In this document: positions 38,715 to 48,145 of the stretch, one piece after another
Position numbering within the stretch: the first letter of the stretch is position 1
Layout: every line of letters starts with the position of its first letter
From: a virus
Strand: one strand, 5' to 3'
Virus record (IMG/VR): IMGVR_UViG_3300047494_000112
Location: 1 to 64,000 of that record
DNA length: 64,000 nucleotides
Position numbers and translations under genes: made by a program
Notes under the pieces: generated by a model
The model's database searches: none
Seen by the model: only the letters and a program-made list of their open reading frames with translations
What the model was told of the DNA's origin: nothing

Positions 38715-39434
38715 TTAATCTTTGTGTTCCAAATCTGGATAACGCTCTTTTACAGCTTTGAACACTTTTTCTTTTATCTTGCCACCAATTGCTGAAGCAC
38801 GAGATAAAGCATTGGCTGCATGATTTCTATCTGCAATAGGAAATTTGCGCTTATCTGGAAAGACAAAATCACTGTCAGGCAAAGCATTGCGCTCTTCAGT
38901 AGTTAGCTTTTTAGCTTGAACTACTGAAGATTTGATCAACTTGCGATTGCTACGCCATTGCTTACCGTTATGCTGAGCCCAACGAGCTTCACCTAGCATA
39001 CGATCCAAATGTTTACTAGGATCCTCATGCGTGTGAAATTTACGGTTATAAATGTGTTTCACATTTCCTTTGGCAGTATATTGAATTTTGCCATTGATTA
39101 CATGAGGAATTTTTACATGAATCATATATTTAGGTTTTTCTCCTGGTAAACCTATATGCCTACGCTTAATGACAATTTTTGCTGCTTTTTTATTGCCGTG
39201 AACAAAATGATGAGCCACTCTTTTTGGCGTAAAGATTTTGGCCCATTTGAATTTTGGAGAACGTTTTTTACCTGAAGAGTCAATTGTATGATAATGCTTT
39301 GCCAAGATTGATTTAAAGCGTTCATGATCTCGAGCAATTTTATCATTGGTATATCTACTACCACCAAGAGCAGCAGTAATTTCAATTGGCTCTTCTATAT
39401 AATTACCTAAGCATTCAGAAGGTAAAATTACCAT
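38715..39434 (-). CDS. Basic two-domain hypothetical protein with C-terminal LPDSDFVFP motif (DUF6582-like)
   Basis: ERNALPDSDFVFPDKRKFPIADRNHAANALSRA; GGAGG RBS. Confidence 0.7.
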   Translation of the reverse strand: MVILPSECLGNYIEEPIEITAALGGSRYTNDKIARDHERFKSILAKHYHTIDSSGKKRSPKFKWAKIFTPKRVAHHFVHGNKKAAKIVIKRRHIGLPGEKPKYMIHVKIPHVINGKIQYTAKGNVKHIYNRKFHTHEDPSKHLDRMLGEARWAQHNGKQWRSNRKLIKSSVVQAKKLTTEERNALPDSDFVFPDKRKFPIADRNHAANALSRASAIGGKIKEKVFKAVKERYPDLEHKD

Positions 39435-39447
39435 TATAGCCTCCTAA

Positions 39448-40443
39448 TTAGCAATTCTTGCACTTTTTAGCGTGCATTGCTGCCATCTTTTCATGATAAT
39501 CTTTGAAGGCAACATGTTTTTTTATAGGACCTTCATAATCTTTATTCCATTCAGGACGCTCAGGGTGATCTGCAATGTAGTTCTTCATGTACTCAATTCT
39601 TTTGCCGTGATGATCTACTTCAGCTTGATGCAGCTTCATCATACGCTGATGATGTTTTTTGGCTGACTGATGCTTTGGAGCAGCTTCAATTTGAAACGTT
39701 GCTTGTACTTTTTCTTTTAACGACATTTTGGAATCCTTTGCTTTAATCTCATTATTGGGCCATTCAGCGCTAAATGGAATTTTTCTATCTTCTAACTTTT
39801 TTCGGTGCTTATAAATGTTGTTTACAAATTTTACATTATGCCCGTTATCTTGCATGTGTTTAACAGGGTCTGTAATTATTTTTTGAGCTGTAGGACGACC
39901 AGGTTTATTTGAAAAGTCTTCCCCAGAGTCTAAAACTTTAAACCGGCTTTGCTTACCATTGCTCCACTTTGATAGAGTAGGTCTAGCCTTACGAACTTCT
40001 TGCTCATGCTTCTTGTCAAAAACAACGGTAGATTTTCCAGTTTTAGGGTGCTTGTATTGCAACCAAGGTACATGCCTAGGCGCTGCATAAGGAGCGGTCT
40101 CATGAAGCGAACCTCCAAAAGTTCCCTTGTTTACTTTTTGATGAGGTTTCCAAGCACTATATTTTTGTCCTTGAGCATTACCTGAATGAGACCAGTCTTT
40201 ATTGTGAACATAACTCTGTTGATTTTTACTAAAGTCTTTTGGTGCAAGAGACTTATCAACGTGGTCGAGCCTAGTTACTGGTAGCTTTGCTTCTACTACT
40301 TTTAATGGCGGACCTAGATACTGATCACCAGAAAAATTTATCTTGGCTCGACGTTGCTGATTTTCAGCTAATGCTTTATTATCAAATTCATCTTCATTCC
40401 ACATTAGATCATCTTCTAATGCAGGTAAAACTGAATCTTTCAT
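39448..40443 (-). CDS. Hypothetical protein with C-terminal His-heptad domain
   Basis: HQRMMKLHQAEVDHH...HVAFKDYHEKMAAMH; ends KKCKNC. Confidence 0.72.
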   Translation of the reverse strand: MKDSVLPALEDDLMWNEDEFDNKALAENQQRRAKINFSGDQYLGPPLKVVEAKLPVTRLDHVDKSLAPKDFSKNQQSYVHNKDWSHSGNAQGQKYSAWKPHQKVNKGTFGGSLHETAPYAAPRHVPWLQYKHPKTGKSTVVFDKKHEQEVRKARPTLSKWSNGKQSRFKVLDSGEDFSNKPGRPTAQKIITDPVKHMQDNGHNVKFVNNIYKHRKKLEDRKIPFSAEWPNNEIKAKDSKMSLKEKVQATFQIEAAPKHQSAKKHHQRMMKLHQAEVDHHGKRIEYMKNYIADHPERPEWNKDYEGPIKKHVAFKDYHEKMAAMHAKKCKNC

Positions 40444-40589
40444 CTAACTCTACTACCAAATTTAGTACGGCGTTTTATTCTCATACTAGGCTTGCGGTAA
40501 TAGGACTTACCTTTAACGCTAACTAGCTTTGAAAATCCTGTTCTAGTTCTAACCCTTTTGGTGTAGGGCTTTACAACTACCAAAGGCAT
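40440..40589 (-). CDS. 49-aa highly basic peptide (not in the ORF track)
   Basis: MPLVVVKPYTKRVRTRTGFSKLVSVKGKSYYRKPSMRIKRRTKFGSRVR*; TTAGGAG RBS from the upstream repeat gene; ATGA-coupled downstream. Confidence 0.7.
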   Translation of the reverse strand: MPLVVVKPYTKRVRTRTGFSKLVSVKGKSYYRKPSMRIKRRTKFGSRVR

Positions 40590-40590
40590 T

Positions 40591-41082
40591 CTATTTAACT
40601 CCTAACTCTTTTAGTCTCTGTTTTGCAGTATTTCTAACATATTTATCTTTATCTTTTAGTAAAGCTCTTGCATGGTTAGCATTTCCATTCCTAGCTACTG
40701 CATGTCTTATATATCTATCTGGATCTGAAATTAGCTTGTCTCTATGAGAATCATTTCCATTCTCAGCTACTGCTGCTCTTACAAACTCACTTGGATCTGA
40801 GACTAGCTTGTCTCTATGAGAATCGTTTCCATGCTCAGCTACTAAATATCTTACATTCTCATTTGGATCTGAAACTAGCTTATCTCTATGAGAGTCGGTT
40901 CCATGTGTAGCTACTGCATGTCTTATATTCTCATCTTTATCTTTAACTAGCTTATCTCTATGAGAGTCGTTTCCATTCCTAGCTACTGCTGCTCTTACAG
41001 ACTCACTTGGATCTGACACTAGCTTATCTAAGTGCTTAGGATGACCTATAGTAGCTAAAGCTTTGCGTTGTTTAGGTGTCAT
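40591..41082 (-). CDS. LRV/HEAT-like repeat protein, family copy (5 repeats)
   Basis: Canonical caps and repeats; TCATGA junction upstream. Confidence 0.92.
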   Translation of the reverse strand: MTPKQRKALATIGHPKHLDKLVSDPSESVRAAVARNGNDSHRDKLVKDKDENIRHAVATHGTDSHRDKLVSDPNENVRYLVAEHGNDSHRDKLVSDPSEFVRAAVAENGNDSHRDKLISDPDRYIRHAVARNGNANHARALLKDKDKYVRNTAKQRLKELGVK

Positions 41083-42797
41083 GAAAGATGACCTTTGATC
41101 AAAGGTCCAAACGTCTCTTTTGTGTCTTGACCTAATCTATGGTAAAAATCATGAGCTTGCATATGTTTTCCAGCTTTAAATAAATTTGACATGTGCAAAT
41201 GCCTAGCAGCTCGTCTTAAATTAGGAGCAGCCAAGCTAGCCAAATGACCGTTAAACAAGTGGTGATGAATAAAATTATGATTTAATGCGTCTCCTGCTGT
41301 AAGTTTTGCAGAATTTGATAACTGATCATCTCTTTCATTTTGTGAATGAATTTCTCTATCTGGTTTTGGACCCATTGACAGGTGGTTACGCAGCATTTGA
41401 ACTCGATGATTATATTCGGGTGAAAAAACATCCTCAGTAGCCGTTTGTTTAGCCAATTTGGCTGCAAGGTGCCAAAATTTTGAATGTTCGGCTGTGTTTT
41501 TTAAATTAGCTGCGTGGTGTTTAATTAGGCTAGAAATTTCACGCTGGGTATTCTGATGAGGGCCAATTACTAATGCTTTGACCAGTTTTTTCTTTTTGAC
41601 GGGAGCAACCACATCTAACGGTGATTTGCCTTTGGGTATAAAAGTCGAAGCAGGTTTTTTGGTAGGGCTCTTGATCACAGATTTTAGCTTGGCTTTTTCT
41701 TTTGGATCTAGAGCTTTCTTTAGATTTTTGCTAGTCTGCGACTCTTTTACGGCAGGCTTTTTAGATTTAGTTACAGGTACAGGAGCAGGCTTGGATGTAG
41801 GTTTAACCGGTTTTTTAGGCTCTGGATCATGACGTTCCATGTCAACATATCTGATACTAGGATCTTTTGCGTCCCAAGAATGGCCTAAAACCTTGTAATG
41901 AGAGCCTCGAGGTAGTAGAAATTCTTTTTCACCAGGATGGCTACCTGCAATAGGGGGTAGGTAAGCTCCTGTATGACCTTTCTTGTGAAAAATGCGAGCT
42001 ACGGTAGTATTACCTTCATCTGAATGAGTGTCAGTTGAAAACTCGCTAGCAATATCTCTATCTAATGAAGTTCCTGTATAACCTTTGTCTTGAAACACTG
42101 TACCTTTTGGTAAAGTACGAAAACCTTCATCAACACCTCTATAGGTTACAGTATTATGCCTCAAAGAGTGGCTAGTAACTTTATCCAAAGAATTTACCTG
42201 ATCCTTGATCTCTTGATCTCGATTTTTAGCCCATTCAGCATGTGCTTTTGAGCCTCTTTTAATATTGTGCGGCGTCCACCCATTTTTTAAATCGGTTTCA
42301 ACTGTACCATTCTTTCTAAGCTGCCGATTTAACTCATTGCTGCTTTCTTGATAGTTTTCAACGTGTTCTCTATCCTTAGGAGAAAAAATTTTTGCTTTCT
42401 TTAACGCTCTATCGGTATGCTCTTGGACAATGTTTTTATGCTTTGGATCTTTTAGTGCTTCTCTATGCCAAGGAGACAAATGAGCAATGGGAGGTTGCTC
42501 AACTTTTGTTTGATACTTTTTACGATCTACTAGCCAATCAGCTTCCCAAGATTTTACCTCATGCTTACCAGGTTTTTTAATCTTGATATCTGAAATGCTC
42601 CAATGCAAATGAGACTTGCGGGGGTTTGTAGGTACTATCTCAATATCTTCTTTGGACCAGTGCATGTGCTTTTTGCGTGATTTCTTTTTCTTGCCAGCAA
42701 AAACAGGTGTAGAAGCCAACAGCTCTTGATAAACCAAATCTGTAAAGGTTTGGTCTTCAGGCAACACTTCAGCTAAAATTTTCTCAATATAGTCCAT
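41079..42797 (-). CDS. VIP2/Alt-like ADP-ribosyltransferase with basic linker and His-rich C-terminus
   Basis: YQESSNELNRQLR, TYRGV, GYTGTSL and GEKEFLLPRGSHYKV (R-S-ExE motifs). Confidence 0.82.
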   Translation of the reverse strand: MDYIEKILAEVLPEDQTFTDLVYQELLASTPVFAGKKKKSRKKHMHWSKEDIEIVPTNPRKSHLHWSISDIKIKKPGKHEVKSWEADWLVDRKKYQTKVEQPPIAHLSPWHREALKDPKHKNIVQEHTDRALKKAKIFSPKDREHVENYQESSNELNRQLRKNGTVETDLKNGWTPHNIKRGSKAHAEWAKNRDQEIKDQVNSLDKVTSHSLRHNTVTYRGVDEGFRTLPKGTVFQDKGYTGTSLDRDIASEFSTDTHSDEGNTTVARIFHKKGHTGAYLPPIAGSHPGEKEFLLPRGSHYKVLGHSWDAKDPSIRYVDMERHDPEPKKPVKPTSKPAPVPVTKSKKPAVKESQTSKNLKKALDPKEKAKLKSVIKSPTKKPASTFIPKGKSPLDVVAPVKKKKLVKALVIGPHQNTQREISSLIKHHAANLKNTAEHSKFWHLAAKLAKQTATEDVFSPEYNHRVQMLRNHLSMGPKPDREIHSQNERDDQLSNSAKLTAGDALNHNFIHHHLFNGHLASLAAPNLRRAARHLHMSNLFKAGKHMQAHDFYHRLGQDTKETFGPLIKGHLS

Positions 42798-43112
42798 TTA
42801 TTTGCCTTTTAGAAAATTTTGTACCTTAGGTGGCAAGAATTGATGCAATCTATCGACTTGTTCATTGTGATAATTTTGCATTTTATTGTGCATATCACTC
42901 ATGTCTTTGTGCAATTTTGATAACTCTCCGCCTTTTATCTTGCTCATACCTAAATGATAGTTAGACAAATGACCGTGATGATTAGCTAAATTTCCGTGTG
43001 CTATTGAACGTTCCACTGTAGAATTAGCCTTGTGTAGCTTCTTTTCAAGCTTATGCTGAGCATTTGTGCCTTCAATATTGCCACCTGTGAATATTCCTGA
43101 GGTTATTTTCAT
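42798..43112 (-). CDS. His-heptad small protein
   Basis: LHKDMSDMHNKMQNYHNEQ with His every 7 residues. Confidence 0.72.
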   Translation of the reverse strand: MKITSGIFTGGNIEGTNAQHKLEKKLHKANSTVERSIAHGNLANHHGHLSNYHLGMSKIKGGELSKLHKDMSDMHNKMQNYHNEQVDRLHQFLPPKVQNFLKGK

Positions 43113-43113
43113 G

Positions 43114-43869
43114 CTAATTTAACCAAGCCATGAATGGCATTTCGCTAGCTGACGCATACGCGGGAGTAGCTACGCTCGATAGTTCAAAGCCACAGATATC
43201 TAGCGTATTGTAGTATCCCAGACGACCGGTTTTTGCATCAATTTTGTAGGAAGGTTTACCGTGGGTGACATGTTCACACCCACCTTTGGACAACAATTTA
43301 GCACAAACTGAACAAGAAAAATCTGCAGCATGAGCGCCCATGCTATAACAATTTCTTTTCTTACTCAAAATATCATTCACCAGTAAAGGGTCTTTGGTTC
43401 TATCCCAAGCCACTAGCTTAATAACTTTCCAAATATTACCTGAGGTACAAGGTATAGGACGCATGATACAATCGACAATTACACCCTTTGATTGCCAAGG
43501 ATCGTCATTTTTGTGCTCAAGGTATGAAGATTTTCCTTTCCAGGTACGGTAAGCAGGCTGACCACCGTCGGTGCACCATCCAGTTAATTCGGTATAAGGA
43601 AAAGCTTGACCGTTTCTGTTAGGCAAATCTGAAGGCATGCTAATAACAGGAGTTAGTACATAGTCACGGATATTCTTGCTAATATTTAGCTTTTCAGCAG
43701 CAATGGGTAGCCAAAATTTGGCATCGTCTGTCAAATCTCGTACCGAGTCTATTAAGGATGTGTTGGCTAATACCTTTAATCCTTCTTTGTTCTTGAATAA
43801 ATTTAGATCAAAGCATTCAATGCCTCTTGGGCCAATTGCATCGCTTTGGACGAAATGCGGTCTAGTCAT
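43114..43869 (-). CDS. Prohead maturation protease with Zn-finger insert
   Basis: NRNGQAFP, EHKNDD, YSMG (Ser nucleophile), CSVC...CEH and FELSSVATPAY motifs; the likely start is the ATG at 43869 (AGGTG RBS). Confidence 0.8.
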   Translation of the reverse strand: MTRPHFVQSDAIGPRGIECFDLNLFKNKEGLKVLANTSLIDSVRDLTDDAKFWLPIAAEKLNISKNIRDYVLTPVISMPSDLPNRNGQAFPYTELTGWCTDGGQPAYRTWKGKSSYLEHKNDDPWQSKGVIVDCIMRPIPCTSGNIWKVIKLVAWDRTKDPLLVNDILSKKRNCYSMGAHAADFSCSVCAKLLSKGGCEHVTHGKPSYKIDAKTGRLGYYNTLDICGFELSSVATPAYASASEMPFMAWLN

Positions 43870-44437
43870 GATCATCACCTTCGTATGGAAGCACCTTACC
43901 ATGAACGTGCTTAACGTTACCTTTATTTTCAATTTTGGTAACCTGAAATCTTGTTTTGTGCGGTAGTATCATCTCTTTTTGATATTTGTACTGGTTGTTT
44001 TTATCAAAAGCGGAATCTATGTGAGGATGATTCTTAGGTACCTTTAGATGCATGTTAATGTCTAATTTATCTTGATTTAAATCTCGCTTCAATTTATCTG
44101 AGTGAAGCAATTCAGGATCTTTTGTAGTAGACATGTAACCATAATGGATATACTTGTTACCCACTTTATAGTTTGTCTTGGTGTTTGATCGAATTGCCCT
44201 ATGTGTCATGAAACCTTGATGATTAGCCGTTTTATCTAAAGCTGAATTTATTCTGTCTACATGTCTTTTTGCATATGCCTCAACATAACTACTATTCTTT
44301 TTCCCTCTAAGATAATCATTAAAGGTTGAAGCGTCACCGTGTAAATAGTTTCGGATGGATTCTCTTTCTTCAGGAGTATAAGGCAAATTTGCCTTTGCAG
44401 ATTCTACAAGCCATTGTATCTTTGCTTTAAGGCTCAT
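43862..44437 (-). CDS. VIP2/C3-like ADP-ribosyltransferase (QxE type)
   Basis: NYL...FNDYLRG, THRAI, GYMSTT and YQKEMILPHKTRFQV. Confidence 0.8.
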   Translation of the reverse strand: MSLKAKIQWLVESAKANLPYTPEERESIRNYLHGDASTFNDYLRGKKNSSYVEAYAKRHVDRINSALDKTANHQGFMTHRAIRSNTKTNYKVGNKYIHYGYMSTTKDPELLHSDKLKRDLNQDKLDINMHLKVPKNHPHIDSAFDKNNQYKYQKEMILPHKTRFQVTKIENKGNVKHVHGKVLPYEGDDHD

Positions 44438-44450
44438 TTACCTTATTTCC

Positions 44451-44762
44451 TTAATAGGGAAGAGTATAATCTGTAAACTCATTAGCTATTCTATCATGAG
44501 CATGACTTCTAACATTAAGATCTGAATCGTGACTCAGTTTTTTCAAATGGTCGTAATTGCCAAATTCAGCAACTGTTTCTCTAACCAAAGGATTCTTGCT
44601 CTTGATCAGTCTATCTCTGTGTTCATCTGTACCATACTGAGCCAAGTCTACATGATATCTAGGATTCTTGAAAAACTTTTTAATGTGCTTTGGATGACCA
44701 ATTTGTATTAACGCTGGTATACTATCCCATTTGATTGCACTCTTTAGCTTTTCCTTAGCCAT
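44451..44762 (-). CDS. Diverged LRV/HEAT-like repeat protein
   Basis: QIGHPKH cap; YGTDEHRDRLIKSKNPLVRETVAEFGN. Confidence 0.8.
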   Translation of the reverse strand: MAKEKLKSAIKWDSIPALIQIGHPKHIKKFFKNPRYHVDLAQYGTDEHRDRLIKSKNPLVRETVAEFGNYDHLKKLSHDSDLNVRSHAHDRIANEFTDYTLPY

Positions 44763-45768
44763 AACCTTCAGCCTTCAATTGGTCATATGAATCTTTGTAA
44801 TGAGGATCATCTCTATGAGGTTCAACTTTTGACAAAGGTATTTTGTTTTCTTTAATGTATCGGTACTGTTCATGCCAAGGATGATGAATTGCTACAATGT
44901 TTTCAGAGGGTACATCGATTTTAGAATAGGTAGGCGAATATTTGTAATGATCAGGGTCGTCGTGAAACTCTACAATTGAGCCGAATCCGTTACTATACCT
45001 TTTAGCATGAGACGCTTTGTCATGCGAATAAATACCTAATGGTCCTTCATAGCCTTTGGCATCTGATAAGCGTAATCCGTGTTTTTCAATACTAGGTATG
45101 TTTGAAGGTCTGGTAACATGAAATCTACGCATACGGCCTTCAGGTATTGGAGACTGGCCCATTTCAGGTGGTACAGGTTTAACCGAAGCTGTTACCTGAT
45201 TGTTAGGCTTTACACCGGCTAGTCTTTTCAAGCGCAATTTTGCTGCATTTGAAACTTGCTTGACAGAGTCTTGGGTTAGTTTTTCAGCATGTTCTTTGTT
45301 GGCGTTTTGCGCTACGTTTAATCTAACGCGTCTATCAGGATCTTGAAGTAATTTTTCTCTGTGAGCATCAGAACCATGACGGGCTATAAATTTTCGAACT
45401 TGATAGCTTTTATCATTGATTAGTTTATCTCTGTTAGAATCGTTACCATGCCAAGCTATATAAGATCTACCGACAGCATTAAGACATTTTTTATCTAACA
45501 GAAAATGTCTAATTTTGTCACTACCTACTTCAGCCAAATGTAAGCCTAGATTGTGTTTAGTTGCTTGACCTTGTATAGTTTTAGGTTTAAACGCTGGCAG
45601 TTGATCACTTAATTTTTCTTTAAACTCTTCATTACCATGATCTAGTAAAGCATGACCTAGTCGTTCATTATCCCAATTTGCGTCTTCAACTTGATACGAG
45701 TCTAGATGTTTATTTACATGTTTAGGGTGACCTATTTTAACTTTGGCTATTTCTTGATCCCAGTTCAT
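44755..45768 (-). CDS. Fusion: diverged LRV/HEAT repeats plus C-terminal ART-fold (Tpt1/DarT-like) domain
   Basis: KIGHPKH cap and HGNDSNRDKLINDKSYQVR repeats; QVTAS linker; RFHVTRPSNIPSIEKHGL...GIYS...IVEF. Confidence 0.75.
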   Translation of the reverse strand: MNWDQEIAKVKIGHPKHVNKHLDSYQVEDANWDNERLGHALLDHGNEEFKEKLSDQLPAFKPKTIQGQATKHNLGLHLAEVGSDKIRHFLLDKKCLNAVGRSYIAWHGNDSNRDKLINDKSYQVRKFIARHGSDAHREKLLQDPDRRVRLNVAQNANKEHAEKLTQDSVKQVSNAAKLRLKRLAGVKPNNQVTASVKPVPPEMGQSPIPEGRMRRFHVTRPSNIPSIEKHGLRLSDAKGYEGPLGIYSHDKASHAKRYSNGFGSIVEFHDDPDHYKYSPTYSKIDVPSENIVAIHHPWHEQYRYIKENKIPLSKVEPHRDDPHYKDSYDQLKAEGYG

Positions 45769-47708
45769 CTTTTACCTACTTCAACCAAAGTTTTTACAAC
45801 CTTGTTTGCCTTTCTTAAAGCTAGTGCTCTAGCTCTTCTATCCGCCAAGGCTTTAGCTATGGTTTTCATGGTCTTCTCTTTGATAACCTTTTGTCCTTTG
45901 GCAGAAATGTTTATCCTTTTTCCACCTTCTCCAAAAGCGCCGGTGTCAACACTTGGATCATAATCTCTATGCAGAGACATGTTTGCTCCAACACCAAATC
46001 TTGACATGCTCTTTAAAGCAGAGCCAACAAATTGTTGAGACTGATCATCGCCACCAGCCTCTTGCTGAGATTGTTGCTGCAATTGCTGCGTCATTTCATC
46101 AATTTGAGCATTGTACATTGCAATTTTTTTTCGCATTGCCAAGTCTTCTTGAAAATTTGCAACAATTTGATTGATATCTAACGAACCAGCAGCAGCAAGC
46201 ATGGCAATGGGAACAGGAATACCCATACCGTTCATATCGTTTAGCATTTGCAAGTAAGCTTGATCTCCTTCGGGCGACAAGTGTTTGTGATAAACGACCT
46301 TTGGAATTAACAGGTCATGCGTATCCATATCAACGCCAGCAATTGTTTTGTGGCGATGACGTGGGATTACATCATTGTATAAACGTCTATTAGCAATACG
46401 ATAAATGCGTTCATCATCAGTTTCAATGCGAGGTCCACTAGAGCCTGTTACCTGATATCGACGTTCTTCTCTAAAATCGTTAGCTGCTGAAATTGCGGGA
46501 AATAGCTTTTCATAAAACAAGCCAGTAGTAATTTTAGCACGAAAAGTACGAATATTATCAAGCATAACTGATAGAGAAGCATCCAAAGTTGAAAGAGAAA
46601 CTTCTCCAGTTAGTATACCCTCTGATAAGCCAAAGGCTCTATACTTGTTTGCTGAAGCATACTCGAAAACTTGATCTACGTTCCAAAACTCACCAGCAGC
46701 ACGAATTTCGTTTGTATTGACGCCTGTACGAGTGACAATTATAGCACCAGTTGGATCCAAATCTCCTTGTAGAAATAAATCACGAAAAGACTCTAAATCA
46801 GATTGAGTTGGAATCCATTCGTCATCGCCACCTACCATTACATGTAGCAAAGCTCTTTGACGTCTATTAGCCACGTCAATTGTACCGCGCATTAGAGCTT
46901 TTTCAATTAAATGAACAGGCAAAACTCTTTCATACATGCTAACGCCAAATGGTTCAGCAGTCATTGTTCTACGTGGAATATAGATAGTGTTGGCTGGCTC
47001 TAACGGAATACGTCCCTGCTTGATCTTTTCAATGAATTCTTGAGGAATATGTGACATTACTTGAGCAACACGAGGATCATTTGATTGCATGATCTTACTC
47101 AAGTCTTTAGGCATAATCAAGTCAATTATAGGATCAACGCCAAAGAGAGGAATGTTGACAATTTCAGTATTATCAATTGATTGCGGAAGAACTGCTGTAA
47201 ATACTTTTTCGTCTTGTTCAAATATTGCATTACCAATAAACGCACCTAATACCTGATAGTCTAAAGATATACCTGGTAGTAACGCACGTAAATGTAGACC
47301 TTCTAAAGATTGATGAAATTTTTCAAGGATATCTTTATCTTTAATACCTGATAAATGAAAATCAGAAAAAGGCAAATTTGCATAAACGTCAGCCGCTCCG
47401 CCACACACAGGATCATGGTAGTACATGTCACGAAATATCTTACGCTTAATACGGGGATCTTCAACAAAAATATTTTCGAGAGTAGCTCTTGAAACGTTTG
47501 AGCTGGTTTGAGTTTGCCCTATTGAGGTTCTACCTCCTTGCTGAGTTTGATCCCAAGCTTCCACGTTATGTTTTCTCAACTTGTCAGCTTGAGCTTGTAC
47601 ACCAGCCGTAATTTCTAATCGTTTTTGAGTAGCAGGCTTTAGATTAGATACTAAAGTAGGGCCTGTGTCCGTACTTGCTACAGTAAAATTACGATTTAGC
47701 TTAATCAT
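45765..47708 (-). CDS. Portal protein
   Basis: 647 aa; YYHDPVCGGAADVY, GNAIF and IYIPRR...GVSMYERVL motifs; located between terminase and protease. Confidence 0.8.
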   Translation of the reverse strand: MIKLNRNFTVASTDTGPTLVSNLKPATQKRLEITAGVQAQADKLRKHNVEAWDQTQQGGRTSIGQTQTSSNVSRATLENIFVEDPRIKRKIFRDMYYHDPVCGGAADVYANLPFSDFHLSGIKDKDILEKFHQSLEGLHLRALLPGISLDYQVLGAFIGNAIFEQDEKVFTAVLPQSIDNTEIVNIPLFGVDPIIDLIMPKDLSKIMQSNDPRVAQVMSHIPQEFIEKIKQGRIPLEPANTIYIPRRTMTAEPFGVSMYERVLPVHLIEKALMRGTIDVANRRQRALLHVMVGGDDEWIPTQSDLESFRDLFLQGDLDPTGAIIVTRTGVNTNEIRAAGEFWNVDQVFEYASANKYRAFGLSEGILTGEVSLSTLDASLSVMLDNIRTFRAKITTGLFYEKLFPAISAANDFREERRYQVTGSSGPRIETDDERIYRIANRRLYNDVIPRHRHKTIAGVDMDTHDLLIPKVVYHKHLSPEGDQAYLQMLNDMNGMGIPVPIAMLAAAGSLDINQIVANFQEDLAMRKKIAMYNAQIDEMTQQLQQQSQQEAGGDDQSQQFVGSALKSMSRFGVGANMSLHRDYDPSVDTGAFGEGGKRINISAKGQKVIKEKTMKTIAKALADRRARALALRKANKVVKTLVEVGKR

Positions 47709-47717
47709 TTTGTATTC

Positions 47718-48143
47718 CTATTTGGCAAAGTTTAAAAACGCTTTTAGTCTATTTTTTGCACTAGACCTAACTTTGCTATCTTTATCTTTTAGTAAAGCTT
47801 TAGCATGGTTAGCATTTCCATTCCTAGCTACTGCATATCTTACATGCCAATCTGGATCTGAAACTAGCTTGTCTCTATGGTAATCGTTTCCATGCCTAGC
47901 TACTGCTTCTCTTACATACTCATCTGGATCAGAAACTAGCTTATCTCTATGAGAATCATTTCCATCAGTAGCTACTGCTTCTCTTACATGCCAATCTGGA
48001 TCTGATACTAGCCTATCTCTATGAGAGTCGTTTCCATGCTTAGCTACTGCACGTCTTACATATGCCTCTGGATCTGATATTAAAGAGTCTAAATGTTTAG
48101 GATGGCTAATTGAAGCTAAAGCTTGACGTTGGTTAGGTGTCAT
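47718..48143 (-). CDS. LRV/HEAT-like repeat protein, family copy (4 repeats, altered C-terminus)
   Basis: Canonical repeats; ends RLKAFLNFAK instead of RLKELG. Confidence 0.92.
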   Translation of the reverse strand: MTPNQRQALASISHPKHLDSLISDPEAYVRRAVAKHGNDSHRDRLVSDPDWHVREAVATDGNDSHRDKLVSDPDEYVREAVARHGNDYHRDKLVSDPDWHVRYAVARNGNANHAKALLKDKDSKVRSSAKNRLKAFLNFAK

Positions 48144-48145
48144 TT

